DNA from: a phage
Length of the DNA: 49,713 bases
Sequence record: NC_130088.1
Reading direction: 5' to 3' (one strand)
Below, one piece after another: positions 1-10,157 of this stretch; within the stretch, counting starts at the first letter, position 1; each line of letters opens with the position of its first letter. A model generated the notes under the pieces. It was not told the DNA's origin, made no database searches, and saw only the letters and a list, made by a program, of their open reading frames with translations. Made by a program: the position numbers and the translations under genes.

Positions 1-17
1 TGCAACGCCAAAAGATA

Positions 18-40
18 ACCCGCCTTGCGCGGGTTTTTTT
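18..40 (+). terminator. Rho-independent terminator-like hairpin (ACCCGCC..GCGCGGG) plus T-run
   Basis: GC-rich dyad followed by TTTTTTT; near-identical hairpin recurs at 16233-16257. Confidence 0.55.
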
Positions 41-46
41 GTGTCT

Positions 47-68
47 GTAATTTAGCTGTAATTTAGCT
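47..68 (+). repeat. Perfect tandem duplication of an 11-bp unit GTAATTTAGCT (x2) upstream of the small terminase gene
   Basis: Direct reading: 47-57 and 58-68 identical; a related single-copy context occurs near 14117. Confidence 0.8.
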
Positions 69-100
69 ATAATCATGCCTCAACAATGGAGGATTCTATT

Positions 101-625
101 ATGTCGAAAAAAACAGAAGCGCCAGCGGCTGAAAGCCTGAATTTTAAGAAACTATGGAATAAGCAATATTCAGATCTCATTGGCACTAAACTTGATAAGC
201 GCACAACGCTAACGCCAGAGCAGGTTATGAATTTGATTGTTCAGTATTTTGAATGGGCTGAATCAAACGCAATAAAGGCTGGTGAAACTGCCACATTTCA
301 GGGGCGTGTTTATCAGGACACGATTCACAAGCCACGCATTTTCACATGGGAAGCGTTGAAGTTGTTTTGTGGTTTTTCCGGCACAGCACTAGCGAAATGG
401 AAATTAAAGCCTGGTTATGATGTTGTAATTGAATTTGCTGAATCGGTAATTAAAGAACAAAAATACCAGTTAGCGGCAAACGGAATGATTAACAGCACAA
501 TGATCGCAAAAGAGCTTGGAATTGATAAGGGCGACACGTTCAATATTAGTGCCAATGCTGAAACGGAAGTTAACACGGAAGAAGCAATGAAAAACGCCGT
601 CGCAAGCGTTCTAAGTAAAATTTAA
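101..625 (+). CDS. Putative terminase small subunit
   Basis: Position immediately upstream of the large terminase; GGAGGA SD before ATG at 101; no motif recognised, assignment by synteny. Confidence 0.45.
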   Translation: MSKKTEAPAAESLNFKKLWNKQYSDLIGTKLDKRTTLTPEQVMNLIVQYFEWAESNAIKAGETATFQGRVYQDTIHKPRIFTWEALKLFCGFSGTALAKWKLKPGYDVVIEFAESVIKEQKYQLAANGMINSTMIAKELGIDKGDTFNISANAETEVNTEEAMKNAVASVLSKI

Positions 626-636
626 AGGTGAATGCT

Positions 637-2208
637 ATGTTGATTTGGGAAGATTTAACAAAACTTGAAAAGCTGGCTATTAAGGAATTAAGCACACACG
701 ATTTTGATACTTTCGTTAAAATCTGGTTCCCGATCCAGCAGGGAGAAAAATGGATTCCTAACTGGCACCACCTTTATATTGCAAGGGCAATTGATGAAAT
801 TATTGAAGGTGTGCGCAAAGATACCATTTTTAACGTAACGCCAGGTTCAGGCAAAACAGAATTACTTTCGATCCACTTTCCGCCTTATTCATATTTGAAA
901 TTGAACAAGGTGCGAAATCTGAATATTTCGTTTGCTGATACACTGGTTAAACGTAACAGCAAGCGTGTGCGCGATCTGGTTAACTCGCGAGAATGGCAAG
1001 AGCTTTACCCCGCAAAAACTGGTACAAGCAAGGATGATGAATTCCAGATCCTTAATGACGCTGGCAAAGTTCGCCTGGAAATGATTAGTAAATCAATGGG
1101 CGGTCAGATTACTGGTAGTCGTGGCGGTTACATCACTCCAGGCGTTTATTCAGGTTGTGTGACGCTTGATGATCCAGAAAAGCCGGATGATATGTTTTCG
1201 AAGGTGAAACGTGAGCGCGGTCAAATGATCGCAAAGAACACAATTCGATCACGTCGCGCACATTCAGAAACGCCGATTATCGTTATTCAGCAGCGTCTAC
1301 ACGCGCAGGATATGACATGGTTTCTGATGAATGGCGGAATGGGTATTGAATTTGATCAGATATCAATTCCGGCGATGGTTACAGAGGAATACGGGAAATC
1401 GCTTCCTGATTGGTTACAGCCTCATTTTGAAAAAGATGTGCTTTCGTCTGAATACATCGTTATTGACGGCGTGAAGTATTATTCTTTCTGGCCTAGCAAG
1501 GAAAGCATTCATGATCTTAAAGCGCTACGCGATGCGGATTTGTACACGTTCCTTTCTCAGTATCAGCAAGAGCCAATTGCTCTTGGCGGTAACGCAATTA
1601 ACGTTGGATGGTTCCAGTATTACGGAACCGGAGAAAAATCAACGATGCCAAAACCGGATCGCTTTGATTATACGTTTATTACAGCAGATACCGCTCAGAA
1701 AGAAGGTGAGCTAAACGACTACAGCGTTTTATGTTATTGGGGCATGTTCAAAGGCCGTATATATTTTATTGACGGTGTGCGCGGAAAATGGGAAGCGCCA
1801 ATGTTAGAAACACAGTTTAAAGCGTTTGTTAAACAGTGCTGGAACCGTAACAAAGAATGCGGAAACTTGCGTAAAATTTACGTGGAAGATAAAGCGAGCG
1901 GTACAGGTTTGATCCAGAATTGCCGCAAAGCATTTCCGATAGAAATTACGCCAGTGCAACGCGATAAAGACAAAGTAACGCGCTGCATGGACGCTCAGCC
2001 AGTGATCAAGAATGGTTATGTTGTATTGCCTGAATCGCATCACATGCTTGCTGAATTTCTGGCAGAGGCGGCGGCATTCACTTATGATGATAGCCATCCT
2101 CATGATGATATTATGGATAACCTTTTTGATGCTGTTAATATTGAGCTTAACCTTGCTGATAATGCGGTTGATAGAATGAAGCGTTTAGCTGGATTAGCGA
2201 AGCGTTAA
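637..2208 (+). CDS. terL: Terminase large subunit
   Basis: About 520 aa with N-terminal P-loop-like VTPGSGKTE, acidic nuclease-like C-terminal half, position before portal. Confidence 0.8.
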   Translation: MLIWEDLTKLEKLAIKELSTHDFDTFVKIWFPIQQGEKWIPNWHHLYIARAIDEIIEGVRKDTIFNVTPGSGKTELLSIHFPPYSYLKLNKVRNLNISFADTLVKRNSKRVRDLVNSREWQELYPAKTGTSKDDEFQILNDAGKVRLEMISKSMGGQITGSRGGYITPGVYSGCVTLDDPEKPDDMFSKVKRERGQMIAKNTIRSRRAHSETPIIVIQQRLHAQDMTWFLMNGGMGIEFDQISIPAMVTEEYGKSLPDWLQPHFEKDVLSSEYIVIDGVKYYSFWPSKESIHDLKALRDADLYTFLSQYQQEPIALGGNAINVGWFQYYGTGEKSTMPKPDRFDYTFITADTAQKEGELNDYSVLCYWGMFKGRIYFIDGVRGKWEAPMLETQFKAFVKQCWNRNKECGNLRKIYVEDKASGTGLIQNCRKAFPIEITPVQRDKDKVTRCMDAQPVIKNGYVVLPESHHMLAEFLAEAAAFTYDDSHPHDDIMDNLFDAVNIELNLADNAVDRMKRLAGLAKR

Positions 2209-2221
2209 TGTGTAAAATCAA

Positions 2222-2247
2222 AGGCTGGAATATTCCGGCCTTTTTTA
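2222..2247 (+). terminator. Imperfect hairpin GGCTGGAAT/ATTCCGGCC plus T-run
   Basis: Dyad plus TTTTTT; near copy of the hairpin at 5894-5916. Confidence 0.4.
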
Positions 2248-2261
2248 TTATGGGGGTATTT

Positions 2262-3557
2262 ATGAGCGACAAGGTAAAGGCCATTACTAAAGAAGATGGT
2301 TACAACGAAATTTTCGGATCTAAAGATGGAACGTTTAGGCCAAATGCTTTTTACATGCAAAGTGCGGCATTTAAAACGTTATCGCAATTTTATGAAGAAG
2401 ATGGAATGGCGCGGCGCATTGTCGATGTTATTCCAGAAGAAATGGTGACGCCTGGTTTTAAAGTTGACGGCGTGAAAAATGAAAAGTCTTTTAAATCGCG
2501 CTGGGATGAATTGCGATTAAACGCTAAAATTATTGATGCGCTTTCATGGTCGCGTTTATTTGGCGGTTCTGCAATTCTTGCTGTTGTTGCTGATAACAGA
2601 ATGCTGAAATCACCTGTAAAGCCTGGTGCACAACTTGAAGATATTCGCGTATATGATCGCTATCAGATCACCATTCAGGAACGTGAAACTAATGCGCGGA
2701 GTGTTCGTTACGGTGAGCCGAAACTTTATAAGATCTCACCTGGCGGAGATATACCGGAATTCTTTGTTCATTACTCGCGTATTTGCATCATTGATGGTGA
2801 GCGCGTATCTAATGAAAAACGCCGTCAAAATGATGGTTGGGGCGCAAGCATTTTAAACAAGCGTTTGATTGAGGCGATTGTTGATTATAACTATTGCCAG
2901 GAATTAGCAACTCAATTGCTACGCCGAAAACAACAAGCAGTATGGAAAGCGCGTGATCTGGCTTTGATGTGCGACGATGAAGAAGGGCGCTATGCGGCGC
3001 GTTTGCGTTTGGCTCAGGTTGATGACGAAAGCGGAGTTGGTAAGGCAATTGGTATTGATGCCACCGATGAAGAATATGAGGTTCTCAATTCTGACGTTTC
3101 CGGCGTTCCAGATTTCTTGCAGGAAAAGATTGATCGAATTGTTGCACTAACTGGCATTCATGAAATCATCCTCAAAAATAAGAACACTGGCGGCGTTTCA
3201 GCGAGTCAAAACACGGCGCTAGAGACTTTCTATAAGTTAATTGATCGCAAGCGCGGAGAGGATTACAAGCCGATTCTTGAATTCCTTTTGCCGTTCATGA
3301 TCTCAGAAGCGGAATGGTCGATTGAATTCGAGCCGTTAAGCGTTCCGAGTGATAAGGATAAAGCTGAAATCATGGCTAAAAACGTTGAGTCAATCGTTAA
3401 GCTGAAAGCAGAGCAAGCGATCGATCTTAAAGAAACGCGAGATACTTTGCGATCAATCTGCCCTGACATTAAAATTAGTGATGGTGACAACATTGAACTA
3501 CCAGATCCAGAAGAACAGGAACCGGAACCAGGAACGGAGGAATTAAACAATGAATGA
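2262..3557 (+). CDS. Portal protein
   Basis: About 430 aa, directly downstream of terL, acidic C-terminus; start moved to ATG after GGGGG SD. Confidence 0.75.
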   Translation: MSDKVKAITKEDGYNEIFGSKDGTFRPNAFYMQSAAFKTLSQFYEEDGMARRIVDVIPEEMVTPGFKVDGVKNEKSFKSRWDELRLNAKIIDALSWSRLFGGSAILAVVADNRMLKSPVKPGAQLEDIRVYDRYQITIQERETNARSVRYGEPKLYKISPGGDIPEFFVHYSRICIIDGERVSNEKRRQNDGWGASILNKRLIEAIVDYNYCQELATQLLRRKQQAVWKARDLALMCDDEEGRYAARLRLAQVDDESGVGKAIGIDATDEEYEVLNSDVSGVPDFLQEKIDRIVALTGIHEIILKNKNTGGVSASQNTALETFYKLIDRKRGEDYKPILEFLLPFMISEAEWSIEFEPLSVPSDKDKAEIMAKNVESIVKLKAEQAIDLKETRDTLRSICPDIKISDGDNIELPDPEEQEPEPGTEELNNE

Positions 3558-4290
3558 TGTCTCATGGAGATTTCCAGAGGCAACGAGGCGCGACGTTGAT
3601 CGCGCCTTACAATTGCTTGTGAGGGATCTTGTTGTAAGAATGCGCCGTAACACAAAGCGCCTTAAATTTGATGATCAGGTTAGTGAGGCGGCGGCAGATA
3701 ATGAATCATACGCAGAGGAATTAATTTCAGCATTCATCGCGCTACTGCCAACTTTCGCGATATCCATCTATAAATTCAACTCAAAGGAATTTATCAGGAT
3801 CGCAAATAAGACAGGAGGCAAGAATAATTTAGCCGTCCTGTTGCTGATTGGTCGAGGTGCTAACGCTGGTGAATCGTGGTACGCGCCTAAATATCACGTA
3901 TGGCGGCAAATGGTGCGCGACTCTATCAGAAAGATGGTTGACAATATTCTTGACGATTGGGAAATGCAAGTAAGGTTAGCCGAATTGCACGAAGCGGATC
4001 AGAAAAGATTAAACGCAATTATCGAAAGGCGATTTAAGGTCTATAAAAATTGGGCGTCACGTCGCACTTCTGGTATAGTTGGCGCTTGGAATAGCGTGTT
4101 AATGTATCAGCGTTGTGTTGATGCTGGCGTTACCCATTATATTTGGCGCGGTCAGTTAGATGATCGCGAGCGTGAAAAACATTTGATGTGGGAAAAGAAA
4201 CGGATCGCCTTAACATCTAATCACGTTTTTCCTGGTGAGGAATTTAATTGTCGTTGTTGGGCGCAACCGGATTGGGAGACAGCAAAATGA
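3550..4290 (+). CDS. Head morphogenesis protein (Mu F-like minor head protein)
   Basis: Follows portal; C-terminal ...FNCRCWAQPD motif typical of Mu F-like proteins. Confidence 0.6.
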   Translation: MNDVSWRFPEATRRDVDRALQLLVRDLVVRMRRNTKRLKFDDQVSEAAADNESYAEELISAFIALLPTFAISIYKFNSKEFIRIANKTGGKNNLAVLLLIGRGANAGESWYAPKYHVWRQMVRDSIRKMVDNILDDWEMQVRLAELHEADQKRLNAIIERRFKVYKNWASRRTSGIVGAWNSVLMYQRCVDAGVTHYIWRGQLDDREREKHLMWEKKRIALTSNHVFPGEEFNCRCWAQPDWETAK

Positions 4291-5396
4291 AAAAGGTGCA
4301 ACGTTTTGATAGCGTAAGAGTAAAGGCGCATTTTGATGAACATGGTTTTTTAGTTGATCGGCCTATTGTAGCGCGGATTGGTTTGCAGATTTACCAAACG
4401 CCATTTGGAGAGCGTAGGGAGTTCAGGCCAGCAAGTGAAGTATTCAAGGCTGATTCACTGGCAACCTATGCAGGAAAACCAATCACAGTAGGTCACGTCA
4501 CCGTAACGCCGGAAAATGCGCGTAATGTTGTTGTTGGTACTTGTTCAGGCGCTGGCATTCCAAATGGGATCGGAGTTGAAGCGCCTTTGAATATTTACGC
4601 AAAGGATGCAATTGAAAGCGCGAAGAAAAAACAAACGGCTGAAATCAGCGTTGGCTATACTTCAATTGATATTGATAAGCCAGGTTGGGGGTCTAATGAA
4701 ACGGGCGAATACATCTTTGAAGAAGATCTAAAAGATGGTGAGCAGCCGCCGAAAGATTGGGTTAAGTTTGATGCGCTACAAACAAACATTAGCGTAAACC
4801 ATATCGCGCTTGTTTTTAAAGGTCGTGCAGGAATTGCAAAATTGAATCTTGATAGCGAGCAGGAATTCCCGTATGATACTGACGTTAAATTAAATAAAGA
4901 GGACGAAGTTATGACCGTTAAAATTAAACTGGATGGTGCTGTTGAATTTGACGTACCAAAAGAGGTTGCTACCTTTATCGAAACCGTAAAGGCAGATGCT
5001 GAAAAAGCCAAAACCAAAGCCGACAGCCTGGAGGCAGAGCGTGACGCGCTACAGTCGAAAGTTGACGGCATTCCGGCGCAGATTGAAGAAGCAGTGAAAA
5101 AAGCAAAAGCTGACGCTGATGAACATGCCGCACTGGTCGCTACCGCTTCCGAAGTTGGCGTAAAATGCGACGGACTAACAGCCAAAGAAATTAAGATCGC
5201 ATATGTGAAAGAGGTCATGGGTAATGACATTAGCGCAAAGGCTGATGCATATATTGATACCGCTTTTGATATCGCGAAAGAATCTGATAAAATGGCGGCT
5301 CAACGTATTGCACTGAAAGGCGATTCAGCAAAAGAAAAAGAAGATGGCGCGGATTCTGTTTTAAATCCTTCCGCGCGTCTGAACAAAGCTAAATAA
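4287..5396 (+). CDS. Putative prohead protease / scaffolding protein
   Basis: ATGA overlap with upstream gene; globular N-terminal half and Ala/Lys/Glu-rich coiled-coil C-terminal half typical of scaffolds; position between head morphogenesis and capsid genes. Confidence 0.5.
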   Translation: MKKVQRFDSVRVKAHFDEHGFLVDRPIVARIGLQIYQTPFGERREFRPASEVFKADSLATYAGKPITVGHVTVTPENARNVVVGTCSGAGIPNGIGVEAPLNIYAKDAIESAKKKQTAEISVGYTSIDIDKPGWGSNETGEYIFEEDLKDGEQPPKDWVKFDALQTNISVNHIALVFKGRAGIAKLNLDSEQEFPYDTDVKLNKEDEVMTVKIKLDGAVEFDVPKEVATFIETVKADAEKAKTKADSLEAERDALQSKVDGIPAQIEEAVKKAKADADEHAALVATASEVGVKCDGLTAKEIKIAYVKEVMGNDISAKADAYIDTAFDIAKESDKMAAQRIALKGDSAKEKEDGADSVLNPSARLNKAK

Positions 5397-5408
5397 GGAG
5401 AAAATATT

Positions 5409-5897
5409 ATGGCTCAGATTTCAGCAAGTTATCATGTTGCAATGGCTCGCGCCTTGCCTGGTCAAGTTTCCGACACTTCCGCGTATAACATCGACGGAGC
5501 TTGTGTTCTTGAGAATGCAGCAGGCAATCAGAATAAGCCTGTTTTTGTTGGTGTGGCGGTCCAGCATGGCGGCGTTGACGCCATGGGCAATAAGCTGATT
5601 AAGCCGATGGCGGCAAGCGGCAAGGCTTACGGCGTTGCTATTCGATCCAACTTCCAGACCACATCTAAAGATGGTCGCATGGTTTATGAAGCTGGTAGCG
5701 GAATTAACGTAATGACTAAAGGGCGCGTTTGGATGTTATCTGTAGAGTCGGAAGCGCCAGCATTCAAAACAGCTATCAAACTTGATGATTCAGGACAGGT
5801 TGATTTAACGTCTGGATTAATTGAAACCACTTGGATCGCAACTGGAGACTTTACGGAATTCCAAGGTCTAAAACTCGTTGAGGTTCAACTGGTATAA
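5409..5897 (+). CDS. Head-module protein, paralog A (possible decoration/structural protein)
   Basis: 162 aa; shares blocks (YNIDG, GRVW/GRIW, C-terminal VQL) with the next gene. Confidence 0.45.
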   Translation: MAQISASYHVAMARALPGQVSDTSAYNIDGACVLENAAGNQNKPVFVGVAVQHGGVDAMGNKLIKPMAASGKAYGVAIRSNFQTTSKDGRMVYEAGSGINVMTKGRVWMLSVESEAPAFKTAIKLDDSGQVDLTSGLIETTWIATGDFTEFQGLKLVEVQLV

Positions 5898-5916
5898 TAA
5901 TAAGGCCGGATTATTC
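5894..5916 (+). terminator. Perfect hairpin GGCCGGATTATTCCGGCC plus T-run
   Basis: 18-bp palindrome followed by TTTT. Confidence 0.6.
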
Positions 5917-5940
5917 CGGCCTTTTATATATGGTGGTTTT

Positions 5941-6381
5941 ATGTCTGATTACGGTTCTATAATAGGTATAGTTGAAAATGGGTGCTTGGTAGATTCAAGC
6001 CTTTATAATATAGATGGCTCGCCAGTTATGGATGTTTCAGCCGTGATAGGTAAGGCCGTATGTGTTGATCGCATATCTTGCGGTTACAAAATAATCAGCC
6101 ACAATTTTAATGAAAACTCAAAGCATTACGGAATCGTTACGCGTGATTATATTGATTTTTGCAAAGAATATTACGACGCCGGAGATCCTGTTAACGTAAT
6201 AACTCATGGTCGAATTTGGGTAATCACTCAGGACGAACAGGATATTCCATCGTATAAAGATCCTGTTTTTGTTAAAGACAATGGCTCTATATCAACAAGT
6301 GGATTTCCTACTAGTTGGTTTTTTACTGGCGAATACGTAAGATATTCACACGGATATATTTTACTATCAGTTCAGTTGTAG
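5941..6381 (+). CDS. Head-module protein, paralog B
   Basis: 146 aa from ATG after GGTGG SD; paralogous to 5409-5897. Confidence 0.45.
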   Translation: MSDYGSIIGIVENGCLVDSSLYNIDGSPVMDVSAVIGKAVCVDRISCGYKIISHNFNENSKHYGIVTRDYIDFCKEYYDAGDPVNVITHGRIWVITQDEQDIPSYKDPVFVKDNGSISTSGFPTSWFFTGEYVRYSHGYILLSVQL

Positions 6382-6430
6382 CGTGCTAACACAAAAAACA
6401 CTTGAACGTTTAACAAAAAATGCTATATTA

Positions 6431-6454
6431 AAGCCGTTATTGTGACGGCTTTTC
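6431..6454 (+). terminator. Hairpin GCCGT..ACGGC plus TTTT
   Basis: Dyad plus T-run before capsid gene. Confidence 0.4.
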
Positions 6455-6470
6455 TATGAGGGGAAATATT

Positions 6471-7448
6471 ATGTCTAAAGAAAAAATTAAATTTGATGAA
6501 TTTGAAGCGTCTGTGATTTCTAATCACCTGCAACTGCAAGGCGCTAAAAACGATGCGTCTGATATGGGGATTTGGACGGCTCAAGAGCTACACAAAATTA
6601 AGTCTCAGGCTTATGAGAAAGAATATCCGGCAGGTTCCGCACTGCGTGTATTCCCTGTAACGTCCGAGCTTTCCGATACTGATAAAACTTTTGAATACCA
6701 GACTTTCGACAAAGTAGGTCACGCAAAAATCATCGCTGATTATACTGATGATCTGCCAACTGTTGACGCGATGATGACTTCTGAATTTGGTAAAGTGTTC
6801 CGCCTTGGTAATGCGTTCCTGATTTCCATTGACGAAATCAAAGCAGGTCAACGCACTGGCAAGAGCCTTTCCACTCGCAAGGCAAACGCCGCACAGAATG
6901 CGCATGATCAGCTTGTCAATCACCTGGTTTTCAAAGGCTCTAAGCCGCACAAAATTATCAGTGTGTTTGAACATCCGAACATCGCAACTATCAACTCCGC
7001 AGGTTGGAACAACGCCGCAGGTACTGGTAAAAAGCCGGAAACAGCACAGGATGAATTAGAGCAAGCGATTGAAAAAATCGAAACGCTGACCAACGGGCAG
7101 CACCGCGCTACTCACATTCTGATCCCGCCGTCAATGCGTAAGGTTTTGAGCGTTCGTATGCCGGAAACCACCATGAGCTATCTTGATTACTTCAAGCAGC
7201 AGAATGGAGGTATCACTATCGAATCCATTTCCGAGCTTGAAGATATTGACGGCGCAGGGACTAAAGCGGCGCTGGTTTACGAAAAAGATCCGATGAACAT
7301 GAGCATTGAGATTCCAGAAGCGTTTAACATGCTGACCGCGCAACCTAAAGACCTGCATTTCAAAGTGCCTTGCACCTCTAAATGTACTGGCCTGACGATT
7401 TACCGTCCGTTGACGCTGGTTCTGATTAAAGGTCTTGTAGTAGGCTGA
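6471..7448 (+). CDS. Major capsid protein (probable)
   Basis: 325 aa, strong SD GAGGGG, strong terminator directly after, position in head module. Confidence 0.65.
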   Translation: MSKEKIKFDEFEASVISNHLQLQGAKNDASDMGIWTAQELHKIKSQAYEKEYPAGSALRVFPVTSELSDTDKTFEYQTFDKVGHAKIIADYTDDLPTVDAMMTSEFGKVFRLGNAFLISIDEIKAGQRTGKSLSTRKANAAQNAHDQLVNHLVFKGSKPHKIISVFEHPNIATINSAGWNNAAGTGKKPETAQDELEQAIEKIETLTNGQHRATHILIPPSMRKVLSVRMPETTMSYLDYFKQQNGGITIESISELEDIDGAGTKAALVYEKDPMNMSIEIPEAFNMLTAQPKDLHFKVPCTSKCTGLTIYRPLTLVLIKGLVVG

Positions 7449-7464
7449 TAATTCAATTAATATA

Positions 7465-7491
7465 GGGAACCGTTAAAAGGTTCCCTTTTTT
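7465..7491 (+). terminator. Strong rho-independent terminator (GGGAACC..GGTTCCC plus T6)
   Basis: Perfect 7-bp stem and T-run after capsid gene. Confidence 0.7.
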
Positions 7492-7509
7492 ATATATGGA
7501 GAAAAACAA

Positions 7510-7782
7510 ATGGCTAAAGAAAAAGAAATTACACTGGTTAACACTGGCGTTGCACTGATTATTATTGATCGCGTTGACGTTATGCCAGGTAAAGAAATTA
7601 CCGTTGCGGAAAGCGTGTTAGAGCGTCAAGGCACTAAAGCACTTATGGCAGAAGGTAAGCTAACAATCAAAGATAACAGCGATCTCAATGCTGAAATCGT
7701 TGAAGCGTTTAAGAGCAAGCGCAAAAAAGATCCGAACGAAGGCAAGACAAAAAAAGAGCTTGAGGACGGCGGCGAGTATTAA
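7510..7782 (+). CDS. Small head-associated protein (hypothetical)
   Basis: 90 aa, SD GGAG, flanked by terminators. Confidence 0.4.
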   Translation: MAKEKEITLVNTGVALIIIDRVDVMPGKEITVAESVLERQGTKALMAEGKLTIKDNSDLNAEIVEAFKSKRKKDPNEGKTKKELEDGGEY

Positions 7783-7787
7783 TTAAT

Positions 7788-7814
7788 AAAGGCGCTTATT
7801 TAGTGCCTTTTTTA
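7788..7814 (+). terminator. Hairpin AGGCGC..GTGCCT plus T-run
   Basis: Dyad plus TTTTTT. Confidence 0.5.
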
Positions 7815-7827
7815 TTGGGGGTAAATC

Positions 7828-8232
7828 ATGAATGATATTGAGATCTTAGAGCAGATTTATAAACTTGCTCCAGCATTTAAAAAAGTAGATCCTGAATTGA
7901 TTCAGGCATGGATCGAATTAGCAAAAGATTTCGTTTGCGTTAACCACTTCAAAGACAAGTACAATCGCGCTGTTGCTCTTTATACGTTGCACCTGATGAC
8001 TCTTGACGGCGCAATGAAACAGGAAGGTGAAAGCGTAGAAAGCTACTCGCATCGTATAGCGTCATTTTCCCTGACTGGTGAGTTTTCTCAGACATTCAGC
8101 AAAGTTAGTGACGACACAAGCGGTAACACGTTGCGCCAAACGCCGTGGGGTAAAATGTATGAAGTTCTTAACAAGAAAAAAGGCGGCGGATTTGGCCTTA
8201 CAACTGCCTTTCGTCGGAGGTGCTCACGATGA
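7828..8232 (+). CDS. Head-tail connector / head completion protein (by synteny)
   Basis: 134 aa, SD GGGGG, translationally coupled to next gene. Confidence 0.4.
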   Translation: MNDIEILEQIYKLAPAFKKVDPELIQAWIELAKDFVCVNHFKDKYNRAVALYTLHLMTLDGAMKQEGESVESYSHRIASFSLTGEFSQTFSKVSDDTSGNTLRQTPWGKMYEVLNKKKGGGFGLTTAFRRRCSR

Positions 8233-8600
8233 ATTATGAACAAATCAGATCTATGGCATCGGCTGGAATTAATTTTTTTAGCGATGGAACTGGTGAATTT
8301 GATTGCATTACTCAGCCTGGAAGCGTTGAAATTGTTGGCGGTATTGAGGTTGAAAAACCTGAAATAAAGGTGAAGATTAAAGGTCTTGTGAGAGCACCAC
8401 GGACGCGAGAAGTTGACGGAGAGACAATTAGAGTTACCGACAAGTTAGGCGTTTTTAATGCTGATGTAGAGCTTAAAAACGGATATCAGATTGATATCGA
8501 CGGCGAGCGTTATGTTATGGTTGAAACAAGACCAATCAGACCAACAAGCATTACCGTTGCTTACCGTCCAATAATGCGGAGGGTTGCGGTTCATGGCTGA
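8229..8600 (+). CDS. Head-tail joining protein (by synteny)
   Basis: ATGA overlap, SD GGAGG. Confidence 0.4.
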   Translation: MNYEQIRSMASAGINFFSDGTGEFDCITQPGSVEIVGGIEVEKPEIKVKIKGLVRAPRTREVDGETIRVTDKLGVFNADVELKNGYQIDIDGERYVMVETRPIRPTSITVAYRPIMRRVAVHG

Positions 8601-9033
8601 TTATTCGATCCGAGAATTTCATGGCAATGTTGATAAATGGATCGAGCAAGTAGAAAGCGGATTGAATGACGTGATTCAGATTTTTGGTGAAAAGGTTCAC
8701 GGCGCATTAGTTGATATTGCGCCAGTGGACACAGGACGATTCAAAGCCAATATGCAGATCACAGCAAACAAGCCGCCTCTTTACGCGCTCAATCAATATG
8801 ATCCTGATGGTGAGAAAACAAAGGCGGAAGGTCGCAGGACGCTTTATGCTTTATTGCATGGCGGCGGCGCTATTAAATCAATATACTTTTCCAATATGCT
8901 GATTTACGCTAATGCTCTTGAATATGGTCATTCAAAGCAAGCGCCAGCGGGGGTATTTGGTATTGTTGCGATCCGGTTGCGCTCTTACATGGCGGAAGCG
9001 ATAAGGGAGGCGAGAAAGAAAAATGCACTATGA
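8593..9033 (+). CDS. Head-tail joining / tail attachment protein (by synteny)
   Basis: Overlapping start, SD GGAGGG. Confidence 0.4.
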   Translation: MADYSIREFHGNVDKWIEQVESGLNDVIQIFGEKVHGALVDIAPVDTGRFKANMQITANKPPLYALNQYDPDGEKTKAEGRRTLYALLHGGGAIKSIYFSNMLIYANALEYGHSKQAPAGVFGIVAIRLRSYMAEAIREARKKNAL

Positions 9034-9412
9034 ATTATCTGTTGCGGCAAGAATGGCGCTGGCTCAAGAATACGAAAGCGAATATATGATCGCTTATGAA
9101 AACGTTGAATTTACGCCACCAAAAGGCGGCGGCATTTGGCTGAAATATGACTACAAAGAAGCAGATACAATAATTCATGATCTGAAAAGGAAATGCATTA
9201 GTTATATTGGAATGGTTCAGATCGGAATTGAATTCCCGCCAGGATCAGGAATTGATAAGGCTCGCAAGCTGGCAAAAAATATTGCTGATTTCTTTGAAGA
9301 TGGTAAAATGCTTGCGAATGGTTATATTTCAGAAGGTGCGAAAGTGCATCCAGTTCAGAAATCAGAATCAGGCTGGTTTTATCCAGTACGTTTTTATGTT
9401 CGTTACGATTAA
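9023..9412 (+). CDS. Tail completion protein (by synteny)
   Basis: 129 aa, SD GGGAGG. Confidence 0.4.
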   Translation: MHYELSVAARMALAQEYESEYMIAYENVEFTPPKGGGIWLKYDYKEADTIIHDLKRKCISYIGMVQIGIEFPPGSGIDKARKLAKNIADFFEDGKMLANGYISEGAKVHPVQKSESGWFYPVRFYVRYD

Positions 9413-9426
9413 TAAAGGGGGCTATT

Positions 9427-10086
9427 ATGCACTTACCTAACGGAGCACAGATTTTTATTGAGAATACTCGCGGCTCAGAAATCAAAGCAACAGCAATCAG
9501 CAACGCAACAGATCCGGTGTTTACCGCGTCTAATACTGGCGGATTGAAAAAAGGTGATTATGTGATTGTCACTGTATCAACATGGGGTAAACTTCTTGAT
9601 CGTGTACTGCGAGTTAAAGAGGTTAGCGATAACACAAGTTTCACGCTTGAAGGTATCGACACCACTGATGAAAACGTTTTTCCGTCCGGCGCTACTGGTA
9701 GCGTTATGAAAATTGAATCATGGACAGAGATCCCATGCGTACAGGACTTGGGGCAGGACGGCGGCGAGCAGCAGTATTACAATTACCAGTGCTTGAGCGA
9801 TGACCAGGAGCAGCAGTTACCAACCTATAAAAGCGCGGTGTCACTGACTTACACCTTTGCGCATGAGTACGATAATCCGATTTATCCGCTCTTGCGTAAG
9901 GCTGACGAATCCGGCGACGTTAAAGCATTGCGCATGTATGTACCAAAAGCAAAAGAAATGCGACTTTGGGCTGGTGTGCTTTCTTTCAACGAGATCCCAC
10001 AAACGGCGGTAAACGAAATGGAAACCGTTTCTTTGTCGGTATCCCTGAAAGGTCGCTTTACTTTCTTGCCTTCTACTCAGGCTTAA
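9427..10086 (+). CDS. Major tail protein (probable)
   Basis: 219 aa, precedes chaperone G/GT and tape measure; followed by terminator. Confidence 0.55.
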   Translation: MHLPNGAQIFIENTRGSEIKATAISNATDPVFTASNTGGLKKGDYVIVTVSTWGKLLDRVLRVKEVSDNTSFTLEGIDTTDENVFPSGATGSVMKIESWTEIPCVQDLGQDGGEQQYYNYQCLSDDQEQQLPTYKSAVSLTYTFAHEYDNPIYPLLRKADESGDVKALRMYVPKAKEMRLWAGVLSFNEIPQTAVNEMETVSLSVSLKGRFTFLPSTQA

Positions 10087-10090
10087 TTTA

Positions 10091-10117
10091 AAGGGGCGCA
10101 TTGCGTCCCTTTTTTAT
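10091..10117 (+). terminator. Terminator hairpin with embedded TTGCGT -35 and TAATAT -10 17 bp downstream
   Basis: GGGGCGC..GCGTCCC plus T6; TTGCGT-17-TAATAT. Confidence 0.5.
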
Positions 10118-10157
10118 TTGATGTAATATCACCTCAATATTTAACCACTCAGGAGAA

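Noticed and set aside
1804-2103. Antisense ORFs inside large genes (e.g. 1804-2103, 3263-3655, 4655-5230, 17548-17958, 13374-13688, all on the opposite strand of terminase, portal, scaffold, J and tape measure genes)
   Set aside because: They lie wholly within longer well-supported genes, lack SD sequences, and have low-complexity or Ser/Arg-biased composition typical of spurious reverse-frame ORFs
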